Origin: an uncultured Planctomycetota bacterium | GTDB lineage: Bacteria; Planctomycetota; Planctomycetia; Gemmatales; Gemmataceae | Direction of reading: 5' to 3' | DNA length: 64,000 nt | NCBI GenBank assembly: GCA_963849325.1 | Contig: CAWKHF010000004.1 | Location: 288,001-352,000 of the forward strand | Shown: positions 11,301 through 20,905 of the stretch, piece by piece | Layout: every line of letters starts with the position of its first letter | How positions within the stretch are numbered: position 1 is the first letter of the stretch | Notes under the pieces: model-generated | What the model was told of the DNA's origin: nothing | What the model saw: only the letters and a program-made list of their open reading frames with translations | Databases searched by the model: none | Position numbers and translations under genes: made by a program

Positions 11301-11542
11301 GTTTCCTCGATCATTCGCTGTGTCTTCGCAGCATTTTCGCGGCGGCGTTCTGCGACGTGGGCCAGGTGTTCCTGAGCGGCCAATCGGTCGGCGGCGTCGC
11401 CGAGGCGGTCGGGGCGGGCTTGCGCCTGGACGTGGCCTGGTTCACCTTCGTCGAGCGCACCATCATCCGCATCGACGCCGCCAAGACCGTCAACAGCACC
11501 GCTCCCTTCCAAATCTGGGCCGGACTCGAACATCCCTTCTGA
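8365..11542 (+). CDS. M1-family aminopeptidase-like domain fused to a C-terminal Omp85/BamA-TamA-type beta-barrel (frameshift near 8450)
   Basis: Signal peptide from ATG 8365. PYPYPQFTIVE, xxTCHQWW...WMDEGLA and CYERG (M1 fold). C-terminus FALGGSELFRGF...GSLEWRFP...AAFCDVG...GAGLRL, ending in Phe. Confidence 0.8.
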
Positions 11543-11566
11543 GACACGTCTTCCGCGATGATGTCT

Positions 11567-11632
11567 GTTTAGCCGCGACGCGCAGCGGAGCGCGGGAATA
11601 CTCCCGCGCTCCGCTGCGCGTCGCGGCTAAAC
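11567..11632. repeat. Palindromic REP-like element, family GCCGCGACGCGCAGCGGAGCG (copy 1)
   Basis: Near-perfect hairpin; related copies at 22753-22823 and 56716-56785. Confidence 0.9.
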
Positions 11633-11798
11633 GGGGGAACGCACGCCGATCGCGCCGGTTCGGATGGTTCCGTCGTCCGGTTTCGCAATCCATCCTCCCC
11701 AGCGTTTTTTCGCTCACCTTGCCGGGCCGCCGGTCGATAAAGAACGACGTATCGTGTTAGCGCGATGGGGCCGTCGGATGATAGCGAGGGCTGCGAGC

Positions 11799-12923
11799 AT
11801 GGGCCACTGTGGGCGACTCGGTTCCTTGTTGCTCCTGGGCGCGCTGACAGCCGGAACGGCCTCGTCCGCGCCGGCACCCGTTACCGCGCCCGTATCCTCC
11901 CCCGTTCCTCCCATCCAGTTGCCCGCCGGAATTGCGAATGCGGCCGGCAACACCGGCTTTTTCGCCGCCGTCAGCGGCATCGACGCCATCGACCTCGCCA
12001 CCGGCAGTATGTTATGGCAGACACACGAGGCACAGCGTCCGTTGCTGGTGGATGGCGATCATCTGCTGGCCCAGGCCGGCGTCAAACGCAATCGCCTGCG
12101 CATCCTCCGTCTCGACCTGACCCGCAAGGGCGAGTGCGATCTGGAATCCGACCCGGTCGTGTTCCCCGCCTGGGTGGTGACCGGCGAGGCGCCGGGCCAT
12201 TCCTTCTCGGCCCACTGGCGCATCGACAAGCATCAACTGGTACTCCAGTGGGAGGCGAGCGCCTGGTACGCCGGCAAGTCGAAGCCGACTCCGGAGCAGG
12301 AGACGGCCGCGCGCAAGCACGCCGCCGGCATCGCTCGCATCGACCTGCGGAGCGGACAGGTCGAGATGACGCCGGCCGCGCCGGCCGTGGTGCCGCCACC
12401 GCCGCCACTGCCCGAGCAACTGGAGAAAAAAGCGGTGCGCTGGCAGCGCCTCATCGGGACGCACTGGAAAGTCCTCGCGCTCGAAGAGGCCGCGGGACGT
12501 CAACGGCTCGTGTTGCACACCTGGGACCGGCAGAGCGAAAAGTGTCTTGGCGAGAAAGAACTGCTGCGCGGCACCCGACTACTGACGCGCGTGACGCTCG
12601 ACGACGACGTTCTCTGTCTGCGCGAGTCCAGCCCCAGCCCCGATGAAAGAGGATCGCTCATGCCGCGGAAAACGTCCGGCTGGTGGTGGTTGTTCTCGGC
12701 GCACACGGGCGAACGGATCGGGCGCGTCCCGGACGAACCGGGGATGCACGCCCTCGCCGTCCACGGCAAGCGCGTGTTCTATCTGTTGCCCGGAACGCTG
12801 CGCGGGTCGCTCGCCGAGCCGAGTATCCAGCCGCGCACGCTCAAGGTCCTCGACCTGTCCTCCGGCAAAAAACTGTGGGAACGCCCCGTCGCGGGCAAAT
12901 GGATCGCACCTCCTCCGCTGTGA
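11799..12923 (+). CDS. Exported hypothetical protein with PQQ-like beta-propeller motifs
   Basis: Signal-like N-terminus; IDAIDLATGSMLWQ and LKVLDLSSGKKLWE motifs. Start uncertain (11778 or 11799). Confidence 0.65.
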   Translation: MGHCGRLGSLLLLGALTAGTASSAPAPVTAPVSSPVPPIQLPAGIANAAGNTGFFAAVSGIDAIDLATGSMLWQTHEAQRPLLVDGDHLLAQAGVKRNRLRILRLDLTRKGECDLESDPVVFPAWVVTGEAPGHSFSAHWRIDKHQLVLQWEASAWYAGKSKPTPEQETAARKHAAGIARIDLRSGQVEMTPAAPAVVPPPPPLPEQLEKKAVRWQRLIGTHWKVLALEEAAGRQRLVLHTWDRQSEKCLGEKELLRGTRLLTRVTLDDDVLCLRESSPSPDERGSLMPRKTSGWWWLFSAHTGERIGRVPDEPGMHALAVHGKRVFYLLPGTLRGSLAEPSIQPRTLKVLDLSSGKKLWERPVAGKWIAPPPL

Positions 12924-13016
12924 GAGCGTCCATCGGCTGGCTCGCCTGGTATCATGAACCGGGGCGAGCGCGGCCGCGTCGGCGCCGGCCCTTCGCTCCT
13001 TCAGGGCCATTTCGTC

Positions 13017-14363
13017 ATGCTCCGCCTCCGAGACCGCCTGAAATGCTCGCCCCCAAGCCGCCGGGTGTTGATCGTCGGCGTGTTGGCGCTCCTCGCCGGA
13101 GGCACCGTCTGGGGCTATCGCCGCATCGAGGCCCAGCGACATTGGCGGTTCGCTCGGGAAGCGCTGACGGCTCAGGACGTGGAACGAGCACGGCCGCACC
13201 TGGCCGCCTGCGTCCGCTACTGGCCGAACGATGCGGAAGTTCGCTTCTGGTCCGCCCGCGCCGCACGGCAGGCCGGCGACTATGAAGAAGCGGAAGAACA
13301 TCTGACCGCCTGCGAACAGTTGCGGCCATCCTCCCCCTCTTCGGATGTGGATGCCGACCTTGAGCGGCTGATGCTGCGCGCCGAGCTGGGCGACACCAAA
13401 GGGCTGGCCCGCGTCGCCGGCGATCTGGAGCAGTCGCGCCCCGCTTGGTTTTTGCTGGCACTGGAGGCTACCGCTCGCGGCCATTTTGCGACGATGCACT
13501 ACGCCGAGGCCGCCCGACTGGCGGACGTTCTCCTGCAACGCTCTCCCGCCCACGTTCAGGGGCTGCTTCTGCGGGCAGCTCTTTTCCACGAAGACTACCA
13601 GGAAGAGAAGGCCATCGAGTGCTGCCGGATGGCCCTGGTCAAGGTTCCGAATGCCATCGAACCACGGCTGCGAATGGGCAAGAGCTTGATGGCGCTGGGC
13701 CGGCAGCAGGAAACGATTCAACTCTACGAGACCCTGCGCTCGAAGCATCCCGAGCACCCGGAAGTCCTCTACCGTCTCGCCCAGTGCCGCCTAGACGCCC
13801 GGCAGACCGACGAGGCCGAAAGGCTCCTCGATCGTTTGATGACGGAGCGGCCGCGCCATGCCGGCGCCCTCGTCGAGCGGGGCCGGCTCGCCCTTCGCCA
13901 GGGCCGCGCGGAGGAGGCGGAGGTTTATCTGCGGTGCGCCCTCGACGCCGCGCCGACGCACGCCGAGGCGTGGGACGCGCTCGTGATGTGCCTGGAGGCA
14001 CGCGGAGAGCGGGCGGAGGCCGAGAAATGCCGAAGCCAGCGCGAGCAGTGGGAGGCCGAGTATGGCCGCGTGGCTCGGCGGAAACTCCGGGCCGAGCAGA
14101 ATCCCGGCGATACGGAAATGCTTCAAACCGTGGCCGACGAACTGATGCGCCTGGGCCGAGGAGAGGAAGCCCTGGCCTGGTATTTCGCCGTCTTGCAGCT
14201 CCAGCCGCGACAGGCCGCTGTCCATCGCGCCCTGGCCGAGTACTTCGCGCACAGCGGCCAGCCGCATCGGGCCGCGCACCATCGCCGGCAGGCGGAGACG
14301 GCCGACGAGGCGAGCAGGGTCGCGTCCGCGCCCCGCTTCTCTAGCCCCGGAGCCAGCGAATGA
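13017..14363 (+). CDS. Tetratricopeptide repeat protein
   Basis: N-terminal TM anchor and repeated TPR-like helices (e.g. ALVERGRLALRQGRAEEAEVYLRCALDAAP). Overlaps the next gene (ATGA). Confidence 0.85.
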   Translation: MLRLRDRLKCSPPSRRVLIVGVLALLAGGTVWGYRRIEAQRHWRFAREALTAQDVERARPHLAACVRYWPNDAEVRFWSARAARQAGDYEEAEEHLTACEQLRPSSPSSDVDADLERLMLRAELGDTKGLARVAGDLEQSRPAWFLLALEATARGHFATMHYAEAARLADVLLQRSPAHVQGLLLRAALFHEDYQEEKAIECCRMALVKVPNAIEPRLRMGKSLMALGRQQETIQLYETLRSKHPEHPEVLYRLAQCRLDARQTDEAERLLDRLMTERPRHAGALVERGRLALRQGRAEEAEVYLRCALDAAPTHAEAWDALVMCLEARGERAEAEKCRSQREQWEAEYGRVARRKLRAEQNPGDTEMLQTVADELMRLGRGEEALAWYFAVLQLQPRQAAVHRALAEYFAHSGQPHRAAHHRRQAETADEASRVASAPRFSSPGASE

Positions 14364-15928
14364 AGTACGTTCTCGGAATCCTTCTCCTTGCCCTTCTTTT
14401 GGGAGGGGGAATCATGCTCTGCTGGCGCGGCGGTGGAGAGACGACGGTTTCTCCGCCGTCTCTGGAGCCGCTGCCCGCCGCGGCCGACAGCGAGCAGGTC
14501 CATCAACTCTGTGCTGCCTGCCACGCCTATCCGCCGGCGGAGAGCTTCCCGCGCTCGGCCTGGCGCGAGGAGGTCCAGAGAGCGTATGGCTTCTTTCGCG
14601 CCTCCGATCTGCGTGCGGACTATCCCAGCATGGAGAGCGTGGTGCGCTATTACGAGGAACGCGCACCGCGTGAACTGCCGCCGTTGGACCGCGGCCCCGC
14701 GCCTGACCGTCCGCCCTCCGTACAACTCGAATCCTTCGGGCTGAGTACGCCCGGACGCTCCGGTCCTCCCGGCGTTACGAACGTTCAGCTGGCCCACCTG
14801 TCCGATCCGAAGAAACTCGACGTACTTGTCTGTCAGCGTCAACCCGGCGGCATCTGGGCCGTCAAGCTCGACGAAACGCCGCCCGCCTGGCGCCGGCTCG
14901 GACAGGTCATGGCCCCCGCCCACGTCGAGGCCATCGACCTCGACAACGATGGCCACAAAGATTTGCTCGTGGCCGACCTGGGCAACTTCTTCCCCACCGA
15001 TGACCGCGTCGGCCGCGTCGTCTGGCTGCGCAACGACGGCAAGGGCAACTTCAACGCCGTGACGCTCCTGGAAGGAGTGGGTCGGGTCGCCGACGTGCGC
15101 ACCGCCGACTTCAACGGCGACGGCAAGCTCGACCTGGTCGTCGCCGTCTTCGGCTGGCACCGCACAGGCGAGATCCTGTACCTGGAAAACCACACCACCG
15201 ACTGGTCGCGGCCGAACTTCACGCGCCAGGTGCTCGACCGCCGGCCCGGCGCCATCCACGTCCCCATCGGCGACATCGACGGCGACGGCAAACCCGATAT
15301 CGTCGCTCTCATGAGTCAGGAATTTGAAACAGTCGTCGCCTTGCTCAACCAGGGTGATGGCCGCTTCCAGGCGAAGATGATCTTCGAGGCCCCTCATCCC
15401 GCCTATGGCTCCAGCGGCATTCAACTCGTGGATCTCAACGGCGATGATCGGCTGGACGTGCTGTACAGCAACGGCGACATCCTGGACCGACCCTATCTTC
15501 TCAAGCCGTACCACGGCGTGCGTTGGTTGGAGAATCGCGGCCGGTTCCCGTTCGTCTCTCATCCCCTGGCCGGCCTGTACGGCGCCATGCGCACCGTCGC
15601 CGCCAACGTCGATGGCGATGGCGACCTCGACGTGCTGGCCGTCAGCTTCTTGCCGCCGGAATGGTTCCCGCAGCGAACGCAGGTGGGGGCCGAGAGCGTG
15701 CTGCTGTTGGAGCAGACGGCGCCCGGCAAGTTTCAGCGTCATGTTCTTGAGGTCGAGAACTGCGATCATCTGACCTGTGCCGCCGGCGACCTTTTCGGCG
15801 ATGGTCGGATTCATTTTGTGACCGGCAACTGCTTTCTGACGGCGGACTCCGCGCGCGGCGAAGCACTTACCCTGTGGAAGAACAAGGGACCACGAAAGAC
15901 CGGCACGCCCCCATCCGCGGATCGCTGA
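14360..15928 (+). CDS. FG-GAP/VCBS repeat protein with N-terminal c-type heme motif
   Basis: CAACH; repeats DLDNDGHKDL, DFNGDGKLDL, DIDGDGKPDI, DLNGDDRLDV. Confidence 0.88.
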   Translation: MKYVLGILLLALLLGGGIMLCWRGGGETTVSPPSLEPLPAAADSEQVHQLCAACHAYPPAESFPRSAWREEVQRAYGFFRASDLRADYPSMESVVRYYEERAPRELPPLDRGPAPDRPPSVQLESFGLSTPGRSGPPGVTNVQLAHLSDPKKLDVLVCQRQPGGIWAVKLDETPPAWRRLGQVMAPAHVEAIDLDNDGHKDLLVADLGNFFPTDDRVGRVVWLRNDGKGNFNAVTLLEGVGRVADVRTADFNGDGKLDLVVAVFGWHRTGEILYLENHTTDWSRPNFTRQVLDRRPGAIHVPIGDIDGDGKPDIVALMSQEFETVVALLNQGDGRFQAKMIFEAPHPAYGSSGIQLVDLNGDDRLDVLYSNGDILDRPYLLKPYHGVRWLENRGRFPFVSHPLAGLYGAMRTVAANVDGDGDLDVLAVSFLPPEWFPQRTQVGAESVLLLEQTAPGKFQRHVLEVENCDHLTCAAGDLFGDGRIHFVTGNCFLTADSARGEALTLWKNKGPRKTGTPPSADR

Positions 15929-15962
15929 CCGCAAGCCGCGAAGCCGCAAGCGGCTTTTGAAA

Positions 15963-15992
15963 TTGCCTTCCCTCGCCTCCGTTTCATATAAT
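15963..15992 (+). promoter_or_regulatory. Putative sigma70 promoter of metK
   Basis: TTGCCT-N18-TATAAT, about 55 nt upstream of the GTG start. Confidence 0.5.
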
Positions 15993-16045
15993 CCGCCAGG
16001 GGCCGAGACGGCCGGCATTACTCCCTCTTCCCGAGGAACTGAATC

Positions 16046-17311
16046 GTGACCGCGAACCGATACCTGTTCACCAGCGAATCCGTGTCCATGGGCCATCCCG
16101 ACAAGGTGGCCGATCAAATCAGCGATGCCATTCTCGACCACTGCCTGGCGGCCGATCCTCTCAGCCGCGTCGCCTGCGAAACCATGGTGACGACCGACCT
16201 CGCCATCGTCTCCGGCGAAATCACCACGCAGGCCAACCTCAGCCGTTCCGTTGTCGATCGGATCGTGCGCGACACGATCCGCGAGATCGGCTACGTCGAT
16301 CCGTCCATCGGCTTCGCGGCGGACACCTGCCAGGTGCAGTGCCATCTGCACAGCCAATCGCGCGACATCGCTTGCGGCGTGGACAACGGCGGGGCCGGCG
16401 ACCAGGGTATGATGTTCGGTTTCGCCTGCAACGAGACGCACACGTTCATGCCGCTGCCGATCTACCTGGCGCACCGCCTGGTCGAGAACCACGCTCGCCT
16501 GCGCCGCTCCGGCGAATTGCCGTTCGTCCGCCCCGACGCCAAGAGCCAGGTCACGGTCGAGTACAACGAGGACGGCTCCTTCCATCGCATCCATACCCTC
16601 GTCCTGTCCACGCAGCACGATGACAGCGTGGTGGTCCGGCGCGACGGCCGCGCTTCGTTCTCCGACGAGGCCCGCGAGGAAATTATTCGCAAGTTAATCA
16701 TCCCAACGTTGCAGGCGGAGAACAAGAAGCTGGTCAAGGACCGCGATCAGATCGAGCTGATCCCGCCGAGCGGTTCGCCGCGACGGCGCGACGACGAGGT
16801 GATCTACTGCCACGTCAATCCGACGGGCATCTTCCTGGAAGGCGGGCCGCACGGCGATTGTGGCCTGACTGGCCGCAAGATCATCGTCGATACCTATGGC
16901 GGCCGCGGCCGGCATGGCGGCGGCGCCTTCAGCGGCAAGGATCCGACCAAGGTGGATCGCTCGGCCGCCTACATGGGCCGTTACATCGCCAAGAACGTCG
17001 TCGCCGCCGGCCTGGCGACGCAGTGCGAGGTGCAGCTGTCCTACGCCATCGGCTATCCCGAGCCGCTCAACATCTGGGTCAGCACCTTCGGCACGGCGGC
17101 GCGCGGCCTAGCCGACACCGACATCGCCGAGTTGATCCGCACGCACTTCAAGCTGACGCCCGGCGGCATCATCGAGACGCTGGACCTACGCCGTCCGATC
17201 TACCGCGAGACGGCCCGTCACGGCCACTTCGGCCGCGAACTGGCCCCGTTCAGCTGGGAGAAGACCGACATGGCCGCCGTCCTGCGACGCGCGGTCGAGA
17301 AGGCGGCGTAA
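16046..17311 (+). CDS. metK: S-adenosylmethionine synthetase
   Basis: [53 protein letters not shown]. Confidence 0.97.
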   Translation: MTANRYLFTSESVSMGHPDKVADQISDAILDHCLAADPLSRVACETMVTTDLAIVSGEITTQANLSRSVVDRIVRDTIREIGYVDPSIGFAADTCQVQCHLHSQSRDIACGVDNGGAGDQGMMFGFACNETHTFMPLPIYLAHRLVENHARLRRSGELPFVRPDAKSQVTVEYNEDGSFHRIHTLVLSTQHDDSVVVRRDGRASFSDEAREEIIRKLIIPTLQAENKKLVKDRDQIELIPPSGSPRRRDDEVIYCHVNPTGIFLEGGPHGDCGLTGRKIIVDTYGGRGRHGGGAFSGKDPTKVDRSAAYMGRYIAKNVVAAGLATQCEVQLSYAIGYPEPLNIWVSTFGTAARGLADTDIAELIRTHFKLTPGGIIETLDLRRPIYRETARHGHFGRELAPFSWEKTDMAAVLRRAVEKAA

Positions 17312-17318
17312 TCAACAT

Positions 17319-17432
17319 AAGCCCGGAGCGCTAGCGACGGGTTGGCGCAACCCGTCGCTAGCGCTCCGGGCTTGTATGGCATCGTGGTTTGATACATCGG
17401 CGAGCGGGTCGCGTCTGCGACCCGCTCGCCGC
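17319..17432. repeat. Two palindromic REP-like hairpins downstream of metK
   Basis: AAGCCCGGAGCGCTAGCGACGGGTT...AACCCGTCGCTAGCGCTCCGGGCTT and CGGCGAGCGGGTCGC...GCGACCCGCTCGCCG. The second resembles 56523-56590. Confidence 0.8.
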
Positions 17433-17541
17433 TTTTGCTTCCATGAATTGCTCCGCGCCATTCCATGACCTATCTTTTGGGACAAAGATCGTTCGTACAC
17501 CAGCGATCCTCGGTCTGGCTCCGTGGGGAGAAACGATTCGG

Positions 17542-19089
17542 ATGTCCCTGTCCTCCGCCTGCCTACCGGCAACGATGTCCGCGTCCGCCGCCCCGCCGAT
17601 CGTACCCAGCCAGTGCGATGAGGGCGTCGAGCGGATGATGGGCACCGTCCCGGCCCTGGTCATGGTGACGGCCCTTTATGCCATCCCTATCCTGGTGACG
17701 GTGCGGCCGGGCGTGCTCGACCCGGACATTTGGTGGCACCTGCGCGTCGGGCAGTGGGTCGCCGAACACGGCACGGTGCCGGCCACCGATCCCTTCTCGC
17801 GCTACGGCCTGGAGAAAAGCTGGGTCGCCTACAGCTGGCTCTTTGAAGTGCTGGTCTTCCGGCTGCACGAATGGTTCGGCCTTGCCGGCATCGTGGCCTA
17901 CCGGGTCGTTCTCTCGACGGCGATCGTGGTGATGCTGCATCGTCTGCTCCGCCGCTGCGAATCGCGCTTCCTCGTCGCCACCGGCTTGACGGCGGTCGCC
18001 GCCGTCGCCCTGGCGCCGATGTTCAGCGAACGGCCCTGGCTCTTCACGATCCTGTTCGCCATTCTTACGCTCGAAGCGATTCTCGATCTGCGCGCCCGTC
18101 GTTCCTCCAGACTGGTCTGGTTTCTGCCGCTTCTGTACGCGCTGTGGGCGAACCTGCACATTCAATTCGTTTACGGACTGCTTCTGCTGGGCCTGGCGTG
18201 TGTCGCGCCGGTACTCGACACTCTCCGATCTCACTGGCACGAAAAGGATCGTGGGCCGGAGTTCCCCTGGCGATTGGGTGTGCTCACGATCCTGTGTGCG
18301 CTGGCCACGCTGGTCAATCCGTACCACGTCCGGGTCTATGGAGTTGTGCTGGAGTACGCCGCGCAGCCGGGTCCGTTCTCGTGCGTCACCGAGCTGCGCA
18401 CTGCGGAATTCCGGGAAGTGCCCGACTGGGTCATGCTGTTGCTGGGAGCCTGCGCCGTATTCGCGCTGGGCCGGCGCCGGCGGTTGCGCTGTTTCGAGGT
18501 GCTGCTGCTGGCGTGTACGAGTGTCTTCGCCTTCCGCTCGCGGCGGGACTACTGGTTTCTTGTCCTCGCCGCCGTGGCCATCCTCGCCAACGGCGAAGGC
18601 CGGACGATCGCGGCGGCGTCGGCGCGCTTCGTCTTCACCCGGCGCCGCTGGGCCGTCGTGGCGTCGGCGCTGGCGGCGTCGATTGTGTTGGCCGCCTGGG
18701 CGCGCAACGTCTCGACCGAGAGCATGCGCGGGAAAGTAGCGGATGCGTTTCCCGTCAAGGCGGCGGAGGTGGTCGCCGTGCGCGGCTATGACGGGCCGCT
18801 GTACAACGATTTCAACTGGGGCGGCTTCCTGATCTGGCAGCTGCCGCGACTGCCGGTGCTCCTGGATGGACGCACCAACTTGCACGGCGACGAACGCATC
18901 CTGCGCATCGGCAATACCTGGGCGGCCGGTCCCGGCTGGCGCGACGATCCCGACCTCGCCGCCGCCGGCGTGATTGTCGCCGACACGCAAAGTCCTCTGG
19001 CGTGCGTTCTGGTCCTCGATGATCGCTTCCGACTGGTGTACGAAGACGCGGTGGCGCGCGTCTTTGTACGCGGAGGACAGGATCGCTGA
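17542..19089 (+). CDS. Polytopic membrane protein, probable GT-C-fold glycosyltransferase-like
   Basis: DPDIWWHLRVG, LWANLH, LVNPY and YNDFNWGGFLIW...DGRT motifs; many TM helices. Confidence 0.7.
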   Translation: MSLSSACLPATMSASAAPPIVPSQCDEGVERMMGTVPALVMVTALYAIPILVTVRPGVLDPDIWWHLRVGQWVAEHGTVPATDPFSRYGLEKSWVAYSWLFEVLVFRLHEWFGLAGIVAYRVVLSTAIVVMLHRLLRRCESRFLVATGLTAVAAVALAPMFSERPWLFTILFAILTLEAILDLRARRSSRLVWFLPLLYALWANLHIQFVYGLLLLGLACVAPVLDTLRSHWHEKDRGPEFPWRLGVLTILCALATLVNPYHVRVYGVVLEYAAQPGPFSCVTELRTAEFREVPDWVMLLLGACAVFALGRRRRLRCFEVLLLACTSVFAFRSRRDYWFLVLAAVAILANGEGRTIAAASARFVFTRRRWAVVASALAASIVLAAWARNVSTESMRGKVADAFPVKAAEVVAVRGYDGPLYNDFNWGGFLIWQLPRLPVLLDGRTNLHGDERILRIGNTWAAGPGWRDDPDLAAAGVIVADTQSPLACVLVLDDRFRLVYEDAVARVFVRGGQDR

Positions 19090-19101
19090 GCCGATGGCGG
19101 G

Positions 19102-19299
19102 TTACAGGACGTGACAGGGGTGCGGCACCGACTCCGGAGCGTGCAGCCGCTTCTCGTGAATCTCTTGCCGGTCCACGACGACCGACGGCGGGGCCGTGAT
19201 GCCGAGGCGGATGCGATCGCCGCGCACCGACACCACGGTCAAACGAATGTTGCCGTCAATCACGATCTCCTCACCAGGACGACGGGTCAACACCAACAT
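19102..19299 (-). CDS. csrA: Carbon storage regulator CsrA family protein
   Basis: MLVLTRRPGEEIVIDGNIRLTVVSVRGDRIRLGITAP..V.V.RQEI; AAGGAGG RBS. Confidence 0.93.
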   Translation of the reverse strand: MLVLTRRPGEEIVIDGNIRLTVVSVRGDRIRLGITAPPSVVVDRQEIHEKRLHAPESVPHPCHVL

Positions 19300-19443
19300 G
19301 ATTCCACCTCCTTGCAGATGAGTCCAGCCGTTCGGAGTTTTCGCCATCCCGTTGCGTGAGGAAAGTCGAGCCGGCCGGCGCTTCGTGTCCTTGCCTGGGG
19401 ACCACGTTGCGGGATGTGGTCCCGTTGTTTCCACGCCTCAAAC

Positions 19444-19480
19444 AAAAAAAGCCCCTTCCGCGCCGTTACGCGAAAGAGGC
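19444..19480 (-). terminator. Intrinsic terminator inside the csrA leader
   Basis: Minus strand GCCTCTTTCGCG-TAACGG-CGCGGAAGGGGC-TTTTTTT. Confidence 0.7.
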
Positions 19481-19525
19481 TGCCATAGCCTGCTCAACCT
19501 GCCCCTCACGAGCAGGAGTGAATTT

Positions 19526-19554
19526 TTTGTACCCGAAAAGCTCCCCTCTGTCAA
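19526..19554 (-). promoter_or_regulatory. sigma70 promoter upstream of the csrA leader
   Basis: Minus strand TTGACA-N17-TACAAA. Confidence 0.65.
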
Positions 19555-19684
19555 ACCGAATTTTTCTTCCCGCGCGGACGCACTCCTGCCGCCGAACGAG
19601 GCGGGAGTACAATGCTCCCACGTGCGCCGTCCTCGGACGCCTTGTTCGACCTCAACGAATCGATCGCCCAAAGGAGGGACCGGC

Positions 19685-20888
19685 ATGAAACGTCTCCGCT
19701 GTGCCGCCGCGCTGCTGTTTGTCCTGGCCGCCGTTGCCCCGCTGCGAACGGCCGAGAAGGAGGACGGCTTCGTGCCGATGTTCAACGGCAAGGATCTCGA
19801 CGGCTGGGTGAACGTCAACTGCGCTCCCGGCACCTTCTTCGTCAAGGGCGGGGAGATCATCACCACCGGTAAGCCGACCGGCTTTTTGCGCACCGCGAAG
19901 CAATACGAGAACTTCATCGCCGAGTTCGAGTGGATGCACGTCAACAAAAAGGAGGTCGGCAACTCCGGTTTCTTCGTCTGGGCCGACCCGCTGCCGGCGG
20001 TGGGTACGCCGTACACGCGCGGCATCGAGGTGCAGGTGCTGGTCAACCTCGAAAAGGAAGGCGCTTACACTAGCCACGGCGATCTGTTCAGCATCCACGG
20101 CGCCACCTGCAAGCCGGATCGGCCGCACCCGCAAGGCTGGTCGGCGCTGCCTGCCCAGCGAGAGGCGCTGCAAGGGCGGCGGCGAATGGAACCATTACAA
20201 GGTCATCGCCAGGGACGGCGTTCTCAAGCTGCACGTCAATGGCAAGGAGGTGTCCGGCCTCAGCGACTGCAAACCGCGCAAGGGGTATTTGGCCCTGGAG
20301 TCGGAGGGCGCGGAGTGCCACTTCCGCAATCTCCGGATCAAGGAATTGCCTTCCAGCAATCCAACGCCCGAGGAAACTACCGAGGTGGCGAAAGGGTTCC
20401 ACAAACTGTACACCGGCCTCGACCTGGCGGGATGGAAGGCAGACGCCGCGGTTGCGGAGCACTGGCGGCCGCGCAATGGCATCCTGCACGGCGATGGCAA
20501 GGGCGCGGCGCTGACCACCGACAAGGAATTCGGCGATGCGGAATTCCTCGTCGATTTTCGTTCGCCAAGGAAGGGCGCGGCGGCGCCCGGTGTCTTCCTC
20601 TTCCGCGGAAACGAGGAAAAGGGAGTGCGGTTGTCGCTAACCAACGGCAAGGTCATCGTGCGTTCGCCGGGGGGAGAGGCAACGCCGGAGATCTCCGCTC
20701 TCAAGCCTGCCGGGCAGTGGAACCGGCTGCGCGTCTCCCTGAAGGACAACGCGATCCGCGTGGCGATCAACGGCAAGGACGCCGCGGAAGCGACGGTCGC
20801 CGACGTGTCGTCGAGAGGGACGTTTGCGCTCCGCCCCGAGGGGGAGATGGATTTCATGAACCTGTTTGTTCGGGAATTGGGGAAATAA
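19685..20888 (+). CDS. DUF1080 (3-keto-disaccharide hydrolase-like) tandem-domain protein (frameshift near 20145)
   Basis: Signal peptide; FVPMFNGKDLDGW, GNSGFF, GIEVQV; then GYLALESEG..CHFRNLRIKEL and GQWNRLRV in the second frame. Confidence 0.85.
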
Positions 20889-20905
20889 CTCGGGAGAGAA
20901 CAAAC

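Noticed and set aside
8750-11533. Long antisense ORFs (also 14123-16618, 38717-41218, 17563-18990 and others)
   Set aside because: Shadow frames of high-GC genes with no recognisable motifs.
15993-16045. SAM riboswitch upstream of metK
   Set aside because: The leader is only about 50 nt and no SAM-I or SAM-II consensus was recognisable by eye; an Rfam scan would settle it.
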